Notes: generated from the letters alone by a model not told the origin. A DNA stretch of 64,000 bases from Candidatus Omnitrophota bacterium (GCA_043823745.1 JBDRAN010000006.1:104176-168175), one strand, 5' to 3'. Counted from the first letter of the stretch, positions 31,838 through 41,597 are shown. Translations and numbers: made by a program.

Positions 31838-32641
31838 ATGCCCGAATTACCTGAAGTTGAGACGATAAAACGAGAGTTAGAGAAGGCGGTTCTTGGGAAA
31901 AAAATCGTCAAGGTCGTGGTGCACAACCCCACGGTTATTCGCGAGCCTTCGCCCGAGAAGTTTGCCCAAGGTATTGCAGGCGCATCAATAAAAAATATTC
32001 TGCGTAAGGCTAAAGTTTTGATCCTTGCGCTATCGAACGAAAAATTCTTGGTCATCCATCTTAAAATGACCGGGCAACTGGTGTACCCATCAAGGAACAA
32101 CAAGGAAGCCCGTGTCAGCTTTCAGCTATCCGATGGAAAAACTTTGGATTTTAATGATCGCCGGCTCTTTGGCGAATTGCGCCTGCGTGATCGTTGGCAG
32201 AATTTAAAATTTATCCAGGGCCTTGGTCCGGAACCCTTTGATATCAGCAAACAGCGGTTTAGCGCAATGCTTGCTTCACGAAAGACTAAGATAAAACCGC
32301 TGATTATGGATCAGACCTTTATCGCCGGCATCGGCAACCTCTATGCAGCAGAGGCGCTTTTTCGCAGCCGTATTCATCCGGCGCGAAGCGCTGCGAGCCT
32401 GGCCGAGAAAGAAAAAGGGCTTTTATATAAAGAAATATGTGATACGCTGAAAGAAGCAATAACCCATCATGGTTCTTCCGTTGATCAGTATGTTCAACTT
32501 TCAGGTAACCCCGGAGGTTATGGCGCGTACCATAAGGTTTACGACAGGGAAGGGAAGGCGTGCCTGGCTTGTAAAATACCGATTAAACGTATAAGCCTTG
32601 GCGGACGAGGCACATACTTTTGCCCGCACTGTCAGAAATAA
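31838..32641 (+). CDS. mutM: Formamidopyrimidine-DNA glycosylase
   Basis: MPELPEVETIKREL with the catalytic Pro2 and Glu3, H2TH and a C-terminal zinc finger (CLACKIPI...CPHCQ). Confidence 0.9.
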   Translation: MPELPEVETIKRELEKAVLGKKIVKVVVHNPTVIREPSPEKFAQGIAGASIKNILRKAKVLILALSNEKFLVIHLKMTGQLVYPSRNNKEARVSFQLSDGKTLDFNDRRLFGELRLRDRWQNLKFIQGLGPEPFDISKQRFSAMLASRKTKIKPLIMDQTFIAGIGNLYAAEALFRSRIHPARSAASLAEKEKGLLYKEICDTLKEAITHHGSSVDQYVQLSGNPGGYGAYHKVYDREGKACLACKIPIKRISLGGRGTYFCPHCQK

Positions 32642-32644
32642 CTA

Positions 32645-33348
32645 TGGAATATTCGGTTGTAATCCCTGTGTATAACGAGGAAGAATCATTGGCAAGTCTC
32701 CATGAACGTGTTGTGGCTGCCATGGAGAAGATCTCTACGTACTATGAGATAGTTTATGTGGATGATGGCTCATCCGACACCTCAGGTGCGAAACTCACGG
32801 AGCTCGCAGATAGATATGCTCACGTAAAAATAATTTCTTTTGTAACGAATCAGGGCCAGTCAGCGGCATTTACCGCGGGCTTTCGTGCCTCCCGGGGTGC
32901 CTGGATTATAACGCTTGATGCTGACCTGCAAAACCCGCCCGAAGAGATTAATAAATTTATCACGTTTAAGCACGATTATGATTTTATTACCGGCGTGCGC
33001 CGTGCCCGACGCGATACATTGAATCGCAAACTATCTTCGCAGATAGCGCGATTTTTCCGTTGGCTCCTGTTGCGTGATGAGACGCAGGATACGGGGTGCA
33101 GCCTTCGGATGTTTAAGCGTGACATTGTGGCAGAGTTCCCTTTTTTTAGAAATTTTCACCGTTTTTTTGCCTTTCTGGTAAAATCAACGGGTTTTCGCGT
33201 CAAGGAAATAGAGGTAAAACACCAAGCGCGCGCATTTGGCGTTTCAAAATATAGCAACCTAAAACGTGCGGGTGAAGGTATCGCTGATCTGGCGGGTGTC
33301 TGGTGGCTTACGAGGAGATTCATTCATTATGAGATTAAACGGTCTTGA
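32645..33348 (+). CDS. GT2 polyprenyl-phosphate sugar transferase (ArnC/DPM1-like)
   Basis: MEYSVVIPVYNEEESL...YVDDGSSD...ITLDADLQNP carries the DxD and GT2 motifs; 234 aa. Confidence 0.8.
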
Positions 33349-33601
33349 AATAGTCTGGCTGGTAGTCGGTTTTACCGGGCAAATTTTATTTTTTTTACGA
33401 TTTTTCTTCCAGTGGATCGCGAGCGAGAAAAAAAAGGAAAGTATTATTCCTTTGTCGTTTTGGTACTTCAGTATCGCCGGTGGGCTCATTCTGCTTATGT
33501 ATTCAATATACCGCAAAGACCCGGTATTTATTGCCGGCCAGAGCTTAGGTGTAGTTATTTATGCGCGTAACCTCTATTTTATCTATCGCAAAAAAGACTA
33601 A
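33329..33601 (+). CDS. Lipid-A-disaccharide-synthase N-terminal-domain (LAB_N)-like small membrane protein
   Basis: 90 aa with two TM helices and ...FWYFSIAGG.... It overlaps the GT2 3' end, a co-occurrence typical of GT2/ArnT modules. Confidence 0.55.
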   Translation: MRLNGLEIVWLVVGFTGQILFFLRFFFQWIASEKKKESIIPLSFWYFSIAGGLILLMYSIYRKDPVFIAGQSLGVVIYARNLYFIYRKKD

Positions 33602-35075
33602 CCCCTATCTTCTGCTTTTGGTCTTTACGTGCGCGCTGTATCTTCCTTCCAGTTTCTTCCGGGCCCCGTTTGCACCGGATGAATTTCGCAATATCTATAT
33701 CGCAAAAAATATCTCCACGCCGCACGATTACCTTTTCCCTAAATATGTGGAGGGTCTTTATCGCGAGAAACCGCCGTTTTATTTCTGGATACTCAAAGTT
33801 TTAGAACGCGCGCCCGTAACGGGCCTGCTTACGATGCCGGTTTTCTTTAACGCGTTAGTCTCATGGGGGATTCTCTCGCTCTGCTACGCGTTTTTCGCGC
33901 GCCAAAACCTGCCACGGGTCGGATATGTCAGCGCGTTTGTCCTCGCTACGACAGGACTTTTTTATGGCATGAATGTGTTGGTGCGCATGGACATTCTGTT
34001 TATTTACTTTATTTTTTTGAGCATCTATTTGTTTTGGTGCGCGCTCGCGCGTGATCGGTGGTCGCTTGCCCTTTGCGCGGCCCTGACCTCGTTTTTAGCG
34101 GTTTTTACCAAGGGAGCGTTCGGAATTCTTTTCCCGCTTTTTATTGAAATCGGCATGGCGGTTTTCGCGCGCTCGCGCAAAGCGTTTATCAAAGCGCTTG
34201 GAGTTAACATTCTGGCCGCCTCTCTTATTTTTGTCTGGCTCATTTCCTTTTCGCAGCTTGACCATGATTATCTGTCGCAGATGTTTTTCCGCCAAACCGT
34301 CGCGCGCGGCGTTAACCCGTTCAGTCACGCCGAACCATGGTATTATTACCTTATATATATGATCCCTGTTTTTCTTCCCTGGTCTTTCTTACTGTTTGGA
34401 TATCTGGCGGGACTGCGCCGCCGGAAAATCGATCAGTGGGAAAAGATATACTTGCTATGGTTTTTCGGCGGCCTCTTTTTTTTATCCCTGGTTCGTTCGA
34501 AACTCGAGATGTATTTGTTACTTTTGGCGATACCGTTTGCGGTTCTCGCGGGAAAGTTTTTAACCGACGGCCTCTTGCATGTTAAAAATAAAATCCTTAT
34601 CGGCACCGCTGGATTTTTTGCCATCGCTTCCCTGGTCGCGTTTTTCATCTATCGGCCCACCGGGGTTATGCCGCCCAGCGCTTGGGTTGGGGTGACGATA
34701 CTGGTTGCGCTCTGTGTCGTCACCGTTCTGGCACGGCCGCATAAAAAGGTGACCGTTTTTTTTGTCGGTTGGGTAATTTTTATTCAGCTTCTCAATACGC
34801 TTTATCTGCCGGCGGCAAGCAATGCCGGTGATTATAAAAGGATTCTCGATACGTTGAGGGGAACGAATATCACATATCAGAATATTTGTGTTACGGAAAA
34901 GTCACTTCTTGCGCTGTCGATTTATCCGCTTCGTGCGCCTCTGTCCTATTGTGCGTCTGGAGAGAAGGCCTGTCAGCACACCGGGAGTATTATTGTTACG
35001 AAAGACCGCGAATTTCCCTGCAGCCTCGTAAAAATTTCGGAAATCAAAGAATTTACTATTTTTTATAAGCAATAA
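33561..35075 (+). CDS. ArnT/PMT-family (GT83/GT39-like) polytopic membrane glycosyltransferase
   Basis: About 12 TM segments. The N-terminal loop PDEFRNIYIAKNI...YVEGLYREKPPFYFWI resembles ArnT (DE..Y..I.REM...Y.EKPPL.YW). The start is uncertain; 33561 overlaps the upstream ORF by 41 nt. Confidence 0.7.
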   Translation: MRVTSILSIAKKTNPYLLLLVFTCALYLPSSFFRAPFAPDEFRNIYIAKNISTPHDYLFPKYVEGLYREKPPFYFWILKVLERAPVTGLLTMPVFFNALVSWGILSLCYAFFARQNLPRVGYVSAFVLATTGLFYGMNVLVRMDILFIYFIFLSIYLFWCALARDRWSLALCAALTSFLAVFTKGAFGILFPLFIEIGMAVFARSRKAFIKALGVNILAASLIFVWLISFSQLDHDYLSQMFFRQTVARGVNPFSHAEPWYYYLIYMIPVFLPWSFLLFGYLAGLRRRKIDQWEKIYLLWFFGGLFFLSLVRSKLEMYLLLLAIPFAVLAGKFLTDGLLHVKNKILIGTAGFFAIASLVAFFIYRPTGVMPPSAWVGVTILVALCVVTVLARPHKKVTVFFVGWVIFIQLLNTLYLPAASNAGDYKRILDTLRGTNITYQNICVTEKSLLALSIYPLRAPLSYCASGEKACQHTGSIIVTKDREFPCSLVKISEIKEFTIFYKQ

Positions 35076-36883
35076 TGCAGCGCCTGGTATCCGATCGTCA
35101 CCTTCATGCTTTGCTTCGCGCGCACCCAAAGGAGCCGTGTGTCTTACTGGAGGACGCAGCGGCCGGGCGATCCCTGTTGTTCGATGATTGTTATCGAACG
35201 ATTTTCTTTAATCCCGGCGACGACCCGCAGCAGTTTTGTGCGTCGCTTCAAAGCTTTTTGGATCGCGGGTTCTGGCTCTGCGGGTACATTGCTTATGAAT
35301 TCGGTTATTATAGCGAGCCGGCGCTTGTTGATTTGAGCTGTACTCTTAACAAACCGCTCGCCTGGTTTGTCGTTACGCGGCAACCACGCGTTCTTACGGC
35401 AGAACGTGTTGCGCAACGTAAAGAAAACGCGGCTCAAGGACAAGCTTTTTCGATACGCAACATGAGGGCAAACATGAGCCGGCTACACTATTATCGGGCC
35501 CTTGGGGCAATACAACGGCATCTCGTCCGCGGCGATACGTATCAAGTTAACTATACTATGAAGCTTCATTTTGATTTTTTCGGTGACCCGCTCGGCTTAT
35601 ACTGCGCGCTCCGGTATCGTCAGCCGACCGCATATATGGCATTCATGAACACCGGGAAAAATTGTATTCTTTCCTTTTCACCGGAACTTTTTTTTAAACG
35701 CACCGGGCGCACGATCAAGATGCAGCCCATGAAAGGAACGATTGCCAAGGGACGTGACGCGCGCGAAGACCGTGCGCTCTGTGAGGCGCTTTCGCATGAC
35801 GCAAAAAGCCGCGCCGAGAATATTATGATCGTTGACCTCTTGCGTAGCGACCTGGGAAGAATTGCCACCCGGGTGACCGTTCCGCAGCTTTTTGTGACGG
35901 AGTCACACCGTACGTTGCATCAGATGACCTCAACAATAACCGCGCGTCTTACGCCGGGCGCCACGCTTGGCGCGATATTTAAGGCGTTATTTCCTTCGGG
36001 TTCGGTCACCGGCGCGCCCAAAATACGCACAATGCAGCTGATTCACGAGCTTGAGAAGGAACCGCGCGGTGTTTATACCGGGGCCCTGGGGTATTGCGCG
36101 CCCGATGGGCACGCATGTTTTAATGTCGCCATTAGAACTATTGATATCCATGGTCGTCACGGAGAGCTTGGCGTGGGAAGCGGTATTGTGTACGATTCTC
36201 AACCGGCCGCCGAATATCAGGAGACGTTACTTAAGGCCCGATTTCTTACCGATTACAATCAGCGCTTTTCTTTAATTGAGACAATACTCTGGGAGAAGGG
36301 GTATCGGTTGTTGGGGTTACACGTGGCGCGATTGGCTGCAAGTTGCCGTTACTTTGTCGTTCCGTGCGACACGCGCGCGTTACGAAAAAAACTTATTTTG
36401 TTCGCACACAAGCTTAAAGCCCCCTCGAAAGTAAGGCTTGTAGTTGATTTAGACGGAAGCCAGAGCCTTACTGCAGAAGCATGCGATGAAACGCCGCCGC
36501 GCCCGCGGATTATGCTTGATCGGGCCAGGGTTTCCCGCCGGGATATGTTTCTGTATCATAAAACCACGAACCGTCAATTCTATGAGAAACGGTTGCGTCG
36601 TGCCCGCGCCCGCGGGTTTTACGAGGTTATTTTTCGAAATGCGGACGGCGAGCTTACCGAAGGGGCGTTTACGAATCTTTTCATTAAAAAGAATCAGCGC
36701 CTCTATACGCCGCCTGTTTCCTGTGGCCTTTTGCCCGGGGTTTTAAGGCAACGCTTGATTGAGGCTGGTCGTGCACGCGAAAAAATACTGCATATACGCG
36801 ATATCCGTCAGGCTGACGCGGTGTATATCGGCAATTCAGTGCGAGGCCTGTTCGAAGTTGAAATTTCCCTTGCCGATTTATGA
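35075..36883 (+). CDS. pabBC: Aminodeoxychorismate synthase component I fused to aminodeoxychorismate lyase (PabB-PabC)
   Basis: Chorismate-binding motifs SPELFF...PMKGTIAKG...GAPK, then a C-terminal class IV aminotransferase-like domain; 602 aa. Confidence 0.8.
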   Translation: MQRLVSDRHLHALLRAHPKEPCVLLEDAAAGRSLLFDDCYRTIFFNPGDDPQQFCASLQSFLDRGFWLCGYIAYEFGYYSEPALVDLSCTLNKPLAWFVVTRQPRVLTAERVAQRKENAAQGQAFSIRNMRANMSRLHYYRALGAIQRHLVRGDTYQVNYTMKLHFDFFGDPLGLYCALRYRQPTAYMAFMNTGKNCILSFSPELFFKRTGRTIKMQPMKGTIAKGRDAREDRALCEALSHDAKSRAENIMIVDLLRSDLGRIATRVTVPQLFVTESHRTLHQMTSTITARLTPGATLGAIFKALFPSGSVTGAPKIRTMQLIHELEKEPRGVYTGALGYCAPDGHACFNVAIRTIDIHGRHGELGVGSGIVYDSQPAAEYQETLLKARFLTDYNQRFSLIETILWEKGYRLLGLHVARLAASCRYFVVPCDTRALRKKLILFAHKLKAPSKVRLVVDLDGSQSLTAEACDETPPRPRIMLDRARVSRRDMFLYHKTTNRQFYEKRLRRARARGFYEVIFRNADGELTEGAFTNLFIKKNQRLYTPPVSCGLLPGVLRQRLIEAGRAREKILHIRDIRQADAVYIGNSVRGLFEVEISLADL

Positions 36884-36909
36884 AATCAAAGTAAAATCAA
36901 ATATACCCC

Positions 36910-37749
36910 ATGACAAGCGCCCGGCAATTTCATATTCCGGTTCTTTCACTTACAAAAATCAAGCCCACCATATATATTATTCGTGTGCGGTCGCGTGCGC
37001 TTGCGCGTCGTTGCCGGCCTGGACAATTCCTGCACATCAAAGTCGATACGCAGATTACTCTGTTGCGACGGCCTTTAAGTATTCATGCAATAGAGCACGA
37101 TACGCTCTCGCTCTTGTTTCGCGTGCGCGGGAGGGGGACCGAGCTTCTTTCACGCTACAAAAAAGGGGATATGCTCGATATTATCGGCCCGCTGGGTAAT
37201 GGATTTAACACAAGTCCACGGTCCAGTGCGCAAGCCTCCCCGAAGGAGACGGTCCACGGTCCACAGAGAAACATTTTGGTGGCTGGCGGGATCGGAGTTG
37301 CACCTTTAGTATTTCTTGCTCAAAAGCTCGCCGCGGCAGAGCAGAAAAAATCAAAAGGTAAAGGTCTGGTATTGCTCGGCGCTAAAAATAAGCATGAGGT
37401 TCTCGGAGAGCATGAATTCAAGAAAGTAGGTTTTGAGGTGCTCGTAGCGACCGATGATGGTTCGCGTGGGTTTCGCGGAACCGTTACGGACTTATTAGAG
37501 AAACAATTATCAGCTCATGAGCTCATGAGCTCATCAGCTCATATATATGCCTGCGGTCCTCAGGAAATGTTTAAGAGGATAAGAGATATTATCGCGCCCT
37601 ATCCGAGCGTGCGGTGTCAGGTTTCGTTTGAACAGTTTATGGGTTGTGGCCTCGGTATTTGTTGCGGTTGCGTTATTCAAGCCTCCGGAGGCTATAAAAA
37701 AGTTTGCAAAGACGGCCCCGTGTTTAATATCAAGGAAATATATGCGTAA
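36910..37749 (+). CDS. pyrK: Dihydroorotate dehydrogenase electron-transfer subunit (PyrK)
   Basis: FAD/NAD-binding ferredoxin-reductase fold plus a C-terminal 2Fe-2S motif MGCGLGICCGCV. It contains the 8-bp x4 tandem repeat. Confidence 0.85.
   Translation: MTSARQFHIPVLSLTKIKPTIYIIRVRSRALARRCRPGQFLHIKVDTQITLLRRPLSIHAIEHDTLSLLFRVRGRGTELLSRYKKGDMLDIIGPLGNGFNTSPRSSAQASPKETVHGPQRNILVAGGIGVAPLVFLAQKLAAAEQKKSKGKGLVLLGAKNKHEVLGEHEFKKVGFEVLVATDDGSRGFRGTVTDLLEKQLSAHELMSSSAHIYACGPQEMFKRIRDIIAPYPSVRCQVSFEQFMGCGLGICCGCVIQASGGYKKVCKDGPVFNIKEIYA
37511..37542. repeat. Four tandem 8-bp units (CAGCTCAT GAGCTCAT GAGCTCAT CAGCTCAT) inside pyrK, containing the 14-bp perfect palindrome GAGCTCATGAGCTC
   Basis: Read directly. 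It encodes ...SAHELMSSSAHI..., and a one-unit slip would shift the frame. Confidence 0.8.
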
Positions 37750-39304
37750 GTTTTTCCTCTTTGTGATTGTTGCAGCCATAAGCATATCGGTGTTTGCCGA
37801 CATAAAAGTGTATCTTAAAAATGGCCGGCGTATGACCGGGGCGCTGGTGAGCATGGATGAGAAGAAAATAACGATTGCACTTCCCGGCCGCGGGACCATG
37901 CGTACGAGTTTTCCTAAAGAAGACGTGGAAAGTATCGAGGGCCTTTCGTATGATGAGTTTGCACGGGCTAAAAAAACGCATGACGCCCTTACCTTTGAGG
38001 GCAAAGAACAGGGGTTTAAGTCTTCTTTTTCTGACGCGATTAAGCTTGTCGAAGAGAAGCGCGCGCTCCCGTTTATCTTGGACGTAAACCATGAAATCCT
38101 TGAACGCGATCAGCTCCAGGATTATTTACGGAAGGAGATGGATAGATCAATCAGCGACGAGGACATTGAGCGCGAGAGAAAACTTCTAATACAATTAGGG
38201 CTTCTGTCCGCCGATACCGATTATAAAGAAATGACCATCAATTTGTTTACGCGCAGCGTAGCGGGCCTGTATGATCCTCGCGAGAAAAAAATGTATCTTT
38301 TAAAAGACGCGACATCGAGAGTCTCCCCGATTATGCCCAGCGAAGTTATTATGCATGAGTTGGTGCATGCATTGCAGGATCAATATCTGTTTCTCGATCA
38401 GATCGACGAAGAGCTTAAAACACTCGATATGGATCAAACGCTTGCCAGGCGCGCCGTGATTGAGGGCGAGGCGACCTTTGTATCCTATAGTATTGTCGGA
38501 GACTATGTTAAAAAAATATACGGGCAGAAGATGCCCAAAAACGCCCTCGCGATGCTTGATATGGAAAAATTTATTTTTGAGTCAATGCAGCTTATGACGA
38601 ATAGTCTTTCCGATGATTTTACAAAGAAACCGCTCCTTGAGTATATGATTTTTCCGTACGTCCGCGGCGGGACCTTTATGAAATATGCATTCGATAATGG
38701 AGGGTGGGCCGCCGTCGATAAGATATATAAAGATTATCCGGTCTCCAGCGAGCAAGTCATCCATCCGGAAAAATATTTTCTGGTCAAGGATGAGCCTCTG
38801 CCTCTTGCCGAAAAGAAACTTGCATTCCTCCAAGCCGCGGGGTTTCAATGTGTTGATCGCGGAGTGCTCGGTGAATTTACATTGTACGCCATGGCCCAAA
38901 CGTTTCTTGACGGGCTTTACGCTAAAATGATTTCCGAAGGGTGGGGGAATGATCGATATTATTTGTTCGAAAAAGAAAGTAAAAATATTTTTATTATGGA
39001 TACACTCTGGGACTCTTCTCAGGATACCGAGGAGTTTTACAAGGGTATCAAGGCCCTTTTTGATAAAAAATACAAAGGGCTTGCCTGGACCGAACATAAG
39101 GATTTTTTTGTAGGGCACAATGAGATTGACACGGTTTATGGTGGTAAAAAAGGGGCTGAAGTTGTCACGATAGAAAGTAAAATAAACGATACAGAATTGA
39201 TCTCTGAACTGGTGAGTGCGTTCGCGTTCCCCTGGACCGCGTCAGGCCCCGAGGATCTTCGGGAAAAGCCGGCCCGGTCGGAGAGCGCGCCCTCGGGAAA
39301 ATAA
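37742..39304 (+). CDS. Secreted putative zinc metallopeptidase (HExxH)
   Basis: MRKFFLFVIVAAISISVFA signal peptide and VIMHELVHALQD (HExxH plus downstream acidic residues). The ATG overlaps the pyrK stop. The family is not recognised. Confidence 0.5.
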   Translation: MRKFFLFVIVAAISISVFADIKVYLKNGRRMTGALVSMDEKKITIALPGRGTMRTSFPKEDVESIEGLSYDEFARAKKTHDALTFEGKEQGFKSSFSDAIKLVEEKRALPFILDVNHEILERDQLQDYLRKEMDRSISDEDIERERKLLIQLGLLSADTDYKEMTINLFTRSVAGLYDPREKKMYLLKDATSRVSPIMPSEVIMHELVHALQDQYLFLDQIDEELKTLDMDQTLARRAVIEGEATFVSYSIVGDYVKKIYGQKMPKNALAMLDMEKFIFESMQLMTNSLSDDFTKKPLLEYMIFPYVRGGTFMKYAFDNGGWAAVDKIYKDYPVSSEQVIHPEKYFLVKDEPLPLAEKKLAFLQAAGFQCVDRGVLGEFTLYAMAQTFLDGLYAKMISEGWGNDRYYLFEKESKNIFIMDTLWDSSQDTEEFYKGIKALFDKKYKGLAWTEHKDFFVGHNEIDTVYGGKKGAEVVTIESKINDTELISELVSAFAFPWTASGPEDLREKPARSESAPSGK

Positions 39305-39345
39305 CGTAACGATTTATCGGGCTTTTGTTAAGAAAGGAGGCATGC

Positions 39346-40494
39346 ATGGACCCTTTTATTTCAATTATTATTCCTGTGCGTAACATGGACCGGACCATCA
39401 CCAAGACGTTTGAGTATATTACCGCGATAGACTATCCCCGAGAGCACATGGAGATTATTTTTGCCGACGGGGGCAGTAAGGACCGGACAATCTCCATTAT
39501 TAAGGATTATCAAAAAGAGCATCCCTACGTTAAGCTTGTGGAGATTAATCGTTGTCCCTCACCGGGTTTCGCGCGTACCCGCGCGCTCGAAGCCGCCAAA
39601 GGGGAATTCGTTTTCTTTACCGACGGAGACTGCGCGCCGTGTGCCGATTGGGTTCACAAGATACTCGCGGCGTTTAAGAAAGATCCCAAAATAGGCGCGG
39701 TTGGCGGTGAAATATTAACGTTACGGGTCGATCCCAACAATGTAGTTGAAATTTATTGTGAAGCGTTTGGGTTTAACCGCGTTTCATGGCGTTACGGAAG
39801 CCTCGGTGAAGGATATTATCCTGATTTAAGCGATATGGCGCCTACGCAAATTTGCGGCCATCGCGCTTATTTTTTTGTTACCGCCAATGTCGCCTATCGC
39901 AAACGCACCATTGAAGAAAATCAGAGGAAATTCTGGGATCTTCCTACCGGCGAAGACATGGATTTTGGAATACGCGCCCGCAAGAATGGCTGGAAGTTTT
40001 ATTTTCTGCCGTCCGCATCGGTTGAGCATATGCATCGGGCCGATTTATCGGCGCTTTTGCGTGTGTGGAAGTCATACGGCGTGGCGCATCCGGTGCTGGT
40101 TAAGCATCATGCAAAACCCTCCATGGAGATTGTGTTTCAATTTATCGGCCGCTGGCCCAATCACGCAATAATGCGGGTTCCCTCGTTTATCAAGGGGTTT
40201 GTTTACATCGGTAATTTCCATCTCATGCATCTTTGTGGAGCGCTTTTAGCCACGATGTTTATACTCCACTGGGTATACCCCGCCTCAATAATTTTTAAAG
40301 CAGCAACCTGGCTTTCGCTCGTTTTAGCGGGGTTTTTTACATTCAGATTTTTCCGGCCGGCATTTAACATCTCGCCCTATAATCAGTGGCTTGCATTCGC
40401 GAAGATGAAATATTTTACGAATCTCTATTTTATCTTAGGCGGTATGCAGGGTTCGCTTAAGAATGGAACATTTTGTATAGAGCCGAGTTTTTAA
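39346..40494 (+). CDS. GT2 glycosyltransferase with a C-terminal membrane domain
   Basis: MDPFISIIIPVRNMDRTI...FADGGSKD...FFTDGDCAP carries the DxD motif. TM helices begin after about residue 250. An AAGGAGG RBS precedes it. Confidence 0.7.
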   Translation: MDPFISIIIPVRNMDRTITKTFEYITAIDYPREHMEIIFADGGSKDRTISIIKDYQKEHPYVKLVEINRCPSPGFARTRALEAAKGEFVFFTDGDCAPCADWVHKILAAFKKDPKIGAVGGEILTLRVDPNNVVEIYCEAFGFNRVSWRYGSLGEGYYPDLSDMAPTQICGHRAYFFVTANVAYRKRTIEENQRKFWDLPTGEDMDFGIRARKNGWKFYFLPSASVEHMHRADLSALLRVWKSYGVAHPVLVKHHAKPSMEIVFQFIGRWPNHAIMRVPSFIKGFVYIGNFHLMHLCGALLATMFILHWVYPASIIFKAATWLSLVLAGFFTFRFFRPAFNISPYNQWLAFAKMKYFTNLYFILGGMQGSLKNGTFCIEPSF

Positions 40495-40543
40495 TGAGCA
40501 CATTCTTTTTCCAAGTCGGAGACGCTGGAAAAAGAATAGTGCG

Positions 40544-40619
40544 AATTATCCTGTTTTTACCTCAATTGATTATTTTCGCAATTTCTCGAAATTGCGAGAG
40601 AACCTATCGGGTGCAAAAA
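40544..40619. repeat. Hairpin-forming dispersed repeat, copy 2 (inverted relative to 11087-11162)
   Basis: aattatcctgtttttacctcaattgattattttcgcaatttCTCGaaattgcgagagaacctatcgggtgcaaaaa. Its reverse complement matches copy 1 at about 90% over roughly 76 bp. Confidence 0.6.
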
Positions 40620-40698
40620 CGGGAGCAATTCGCGCAGGTGATTTATGAGCGCTCACCTGCGTTCGCTCCATAAATCCCGCGCTCATTGCGAGGTGTAT

Positions 40699-41055
40699 AT
40701 GTGGCTTCTCTATATTGTCTTGGGTCTTGCCGCCGGCGTTGCCAGCGGTCTTTTGGGTATCGGGGGAGGGTTAATTCTTATTCCGACGCTGGTATATTTC
40801 TTTGGCCTGACGCAGCACCAGGCGCAGGGGACCACCCTTGCCTTAATGGTTCCGCCGATCGGGCTTTTAGCCGCGTTTAAGTATTACCAGTACGGCAACG
40901 TTAAGCTTGGTATGGCTGCTTTTATTTGTATAGGGTTCTTCGTAGGAGGTTTATTCGGTGCGATGCTTGTGCATAAAATTCCGGAACTTGCTCTTAAGCG
41001 GATTTTTGGTGTGGTATTATTAGTTGCATCACTACGGATGATTTTTTCAAGATAA
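40699..41055 (+). CDS. TauE/SafE (DUF81)-like half-size membrane protein
   Basis: 118 aa with four TM segments and the LGIGGGLILIPTLVYFFGL motif typical of a TauE repeat unit. Only one of the usual two repeats is present. Confidence 0.5.
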   Translation: MWLLYIVLGLAAGVASGLLGIGGGLILIPTLVYFFGLTQHQAQGTTLALMVPPIGLLAAFKYYQYGNVKLGMAAFICIGFFVGGLFGAMLVHKIPELALKRIFGVVLLVASLRMIFSR

Positions 41056-41194
41056 ATGACCTTACAGCACCCTTTTTAATCCCTTCCGCGAAATCCCCAC
41101 TCTCTAGACCGGGGATAGGAATTTGCGGGATGGATTTTGCTTCAGGGAGGGAACCCTGGCCTTTAGGCCGAAGAGTCCCGCTTCCGAGAGCTGG

Positions 41195-41374
41195 TTATAA
41201 ATCGTAATTAATTTCTCGTGTATCGCGCCTGCTTTTTTCTTCAATGCCCGCGCCGCAGCTGGCGCATTTTTTTAGCAGATTATCAGAGAAATCTTTGAAT
41301 AACTCTTCTTTGAGAGCAAGGGTCGCTCTTACGAGATTCTCGTTTTTCAATAAACACGCCTTTCGTGGTGACAT
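41195..41374 (-). CDS. Possible small ORF (59 aa) in an otherwise ORF-free 540-bp region
   Basis: The minus strand reads MSPRKACLLKNENLVRATLALKEELFKDFSDNLLKKCASCGAGIEEKSRRDTREINYDL. It is preceded by a G8 run (C8 at 41381-41388 on the plus strand) that could serve as an RBS. There is no homology support. Confidence 0.2.
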   Translation of the reverse strand: MSPRKACLLKNENLVRATLALKEELFKDFSDNLLKKCASCGAGIEEKSRRDTREINYDL

Positions 41375-41597
41375 CGTTCCCCCCCCAAGGTTTAGAAATG
41401 GTTATAATACATTATTTTAATTCATGCTACCACTGCTTCAAGCGGCGCTCAACTATTTTCTGCGTGCTTCCGGGAACATCTATCATCGCTCGCCCGGCCC
41501 CTGGAGGCACATAATGCTCACCATTGCGCCTGGCACGTGTTTCCGTGTGTCCAAAATCTGAGTTGAAATCTTTATTTTCTATACTACAATAGGGGCA

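Noticed and set aside
36910-41597. Considered whether the pyrK-pyrD insertion (metallopeptidase, GT2, TauE-half) is a defence or mobile island
   Set aside because: There are no mobility genes, no compositional shift obvious by eye, and the upstream gene is translationally coupled to pyrK. It is reported only as part of the fragmented-operon observation and as the context of the hairpin repeat.
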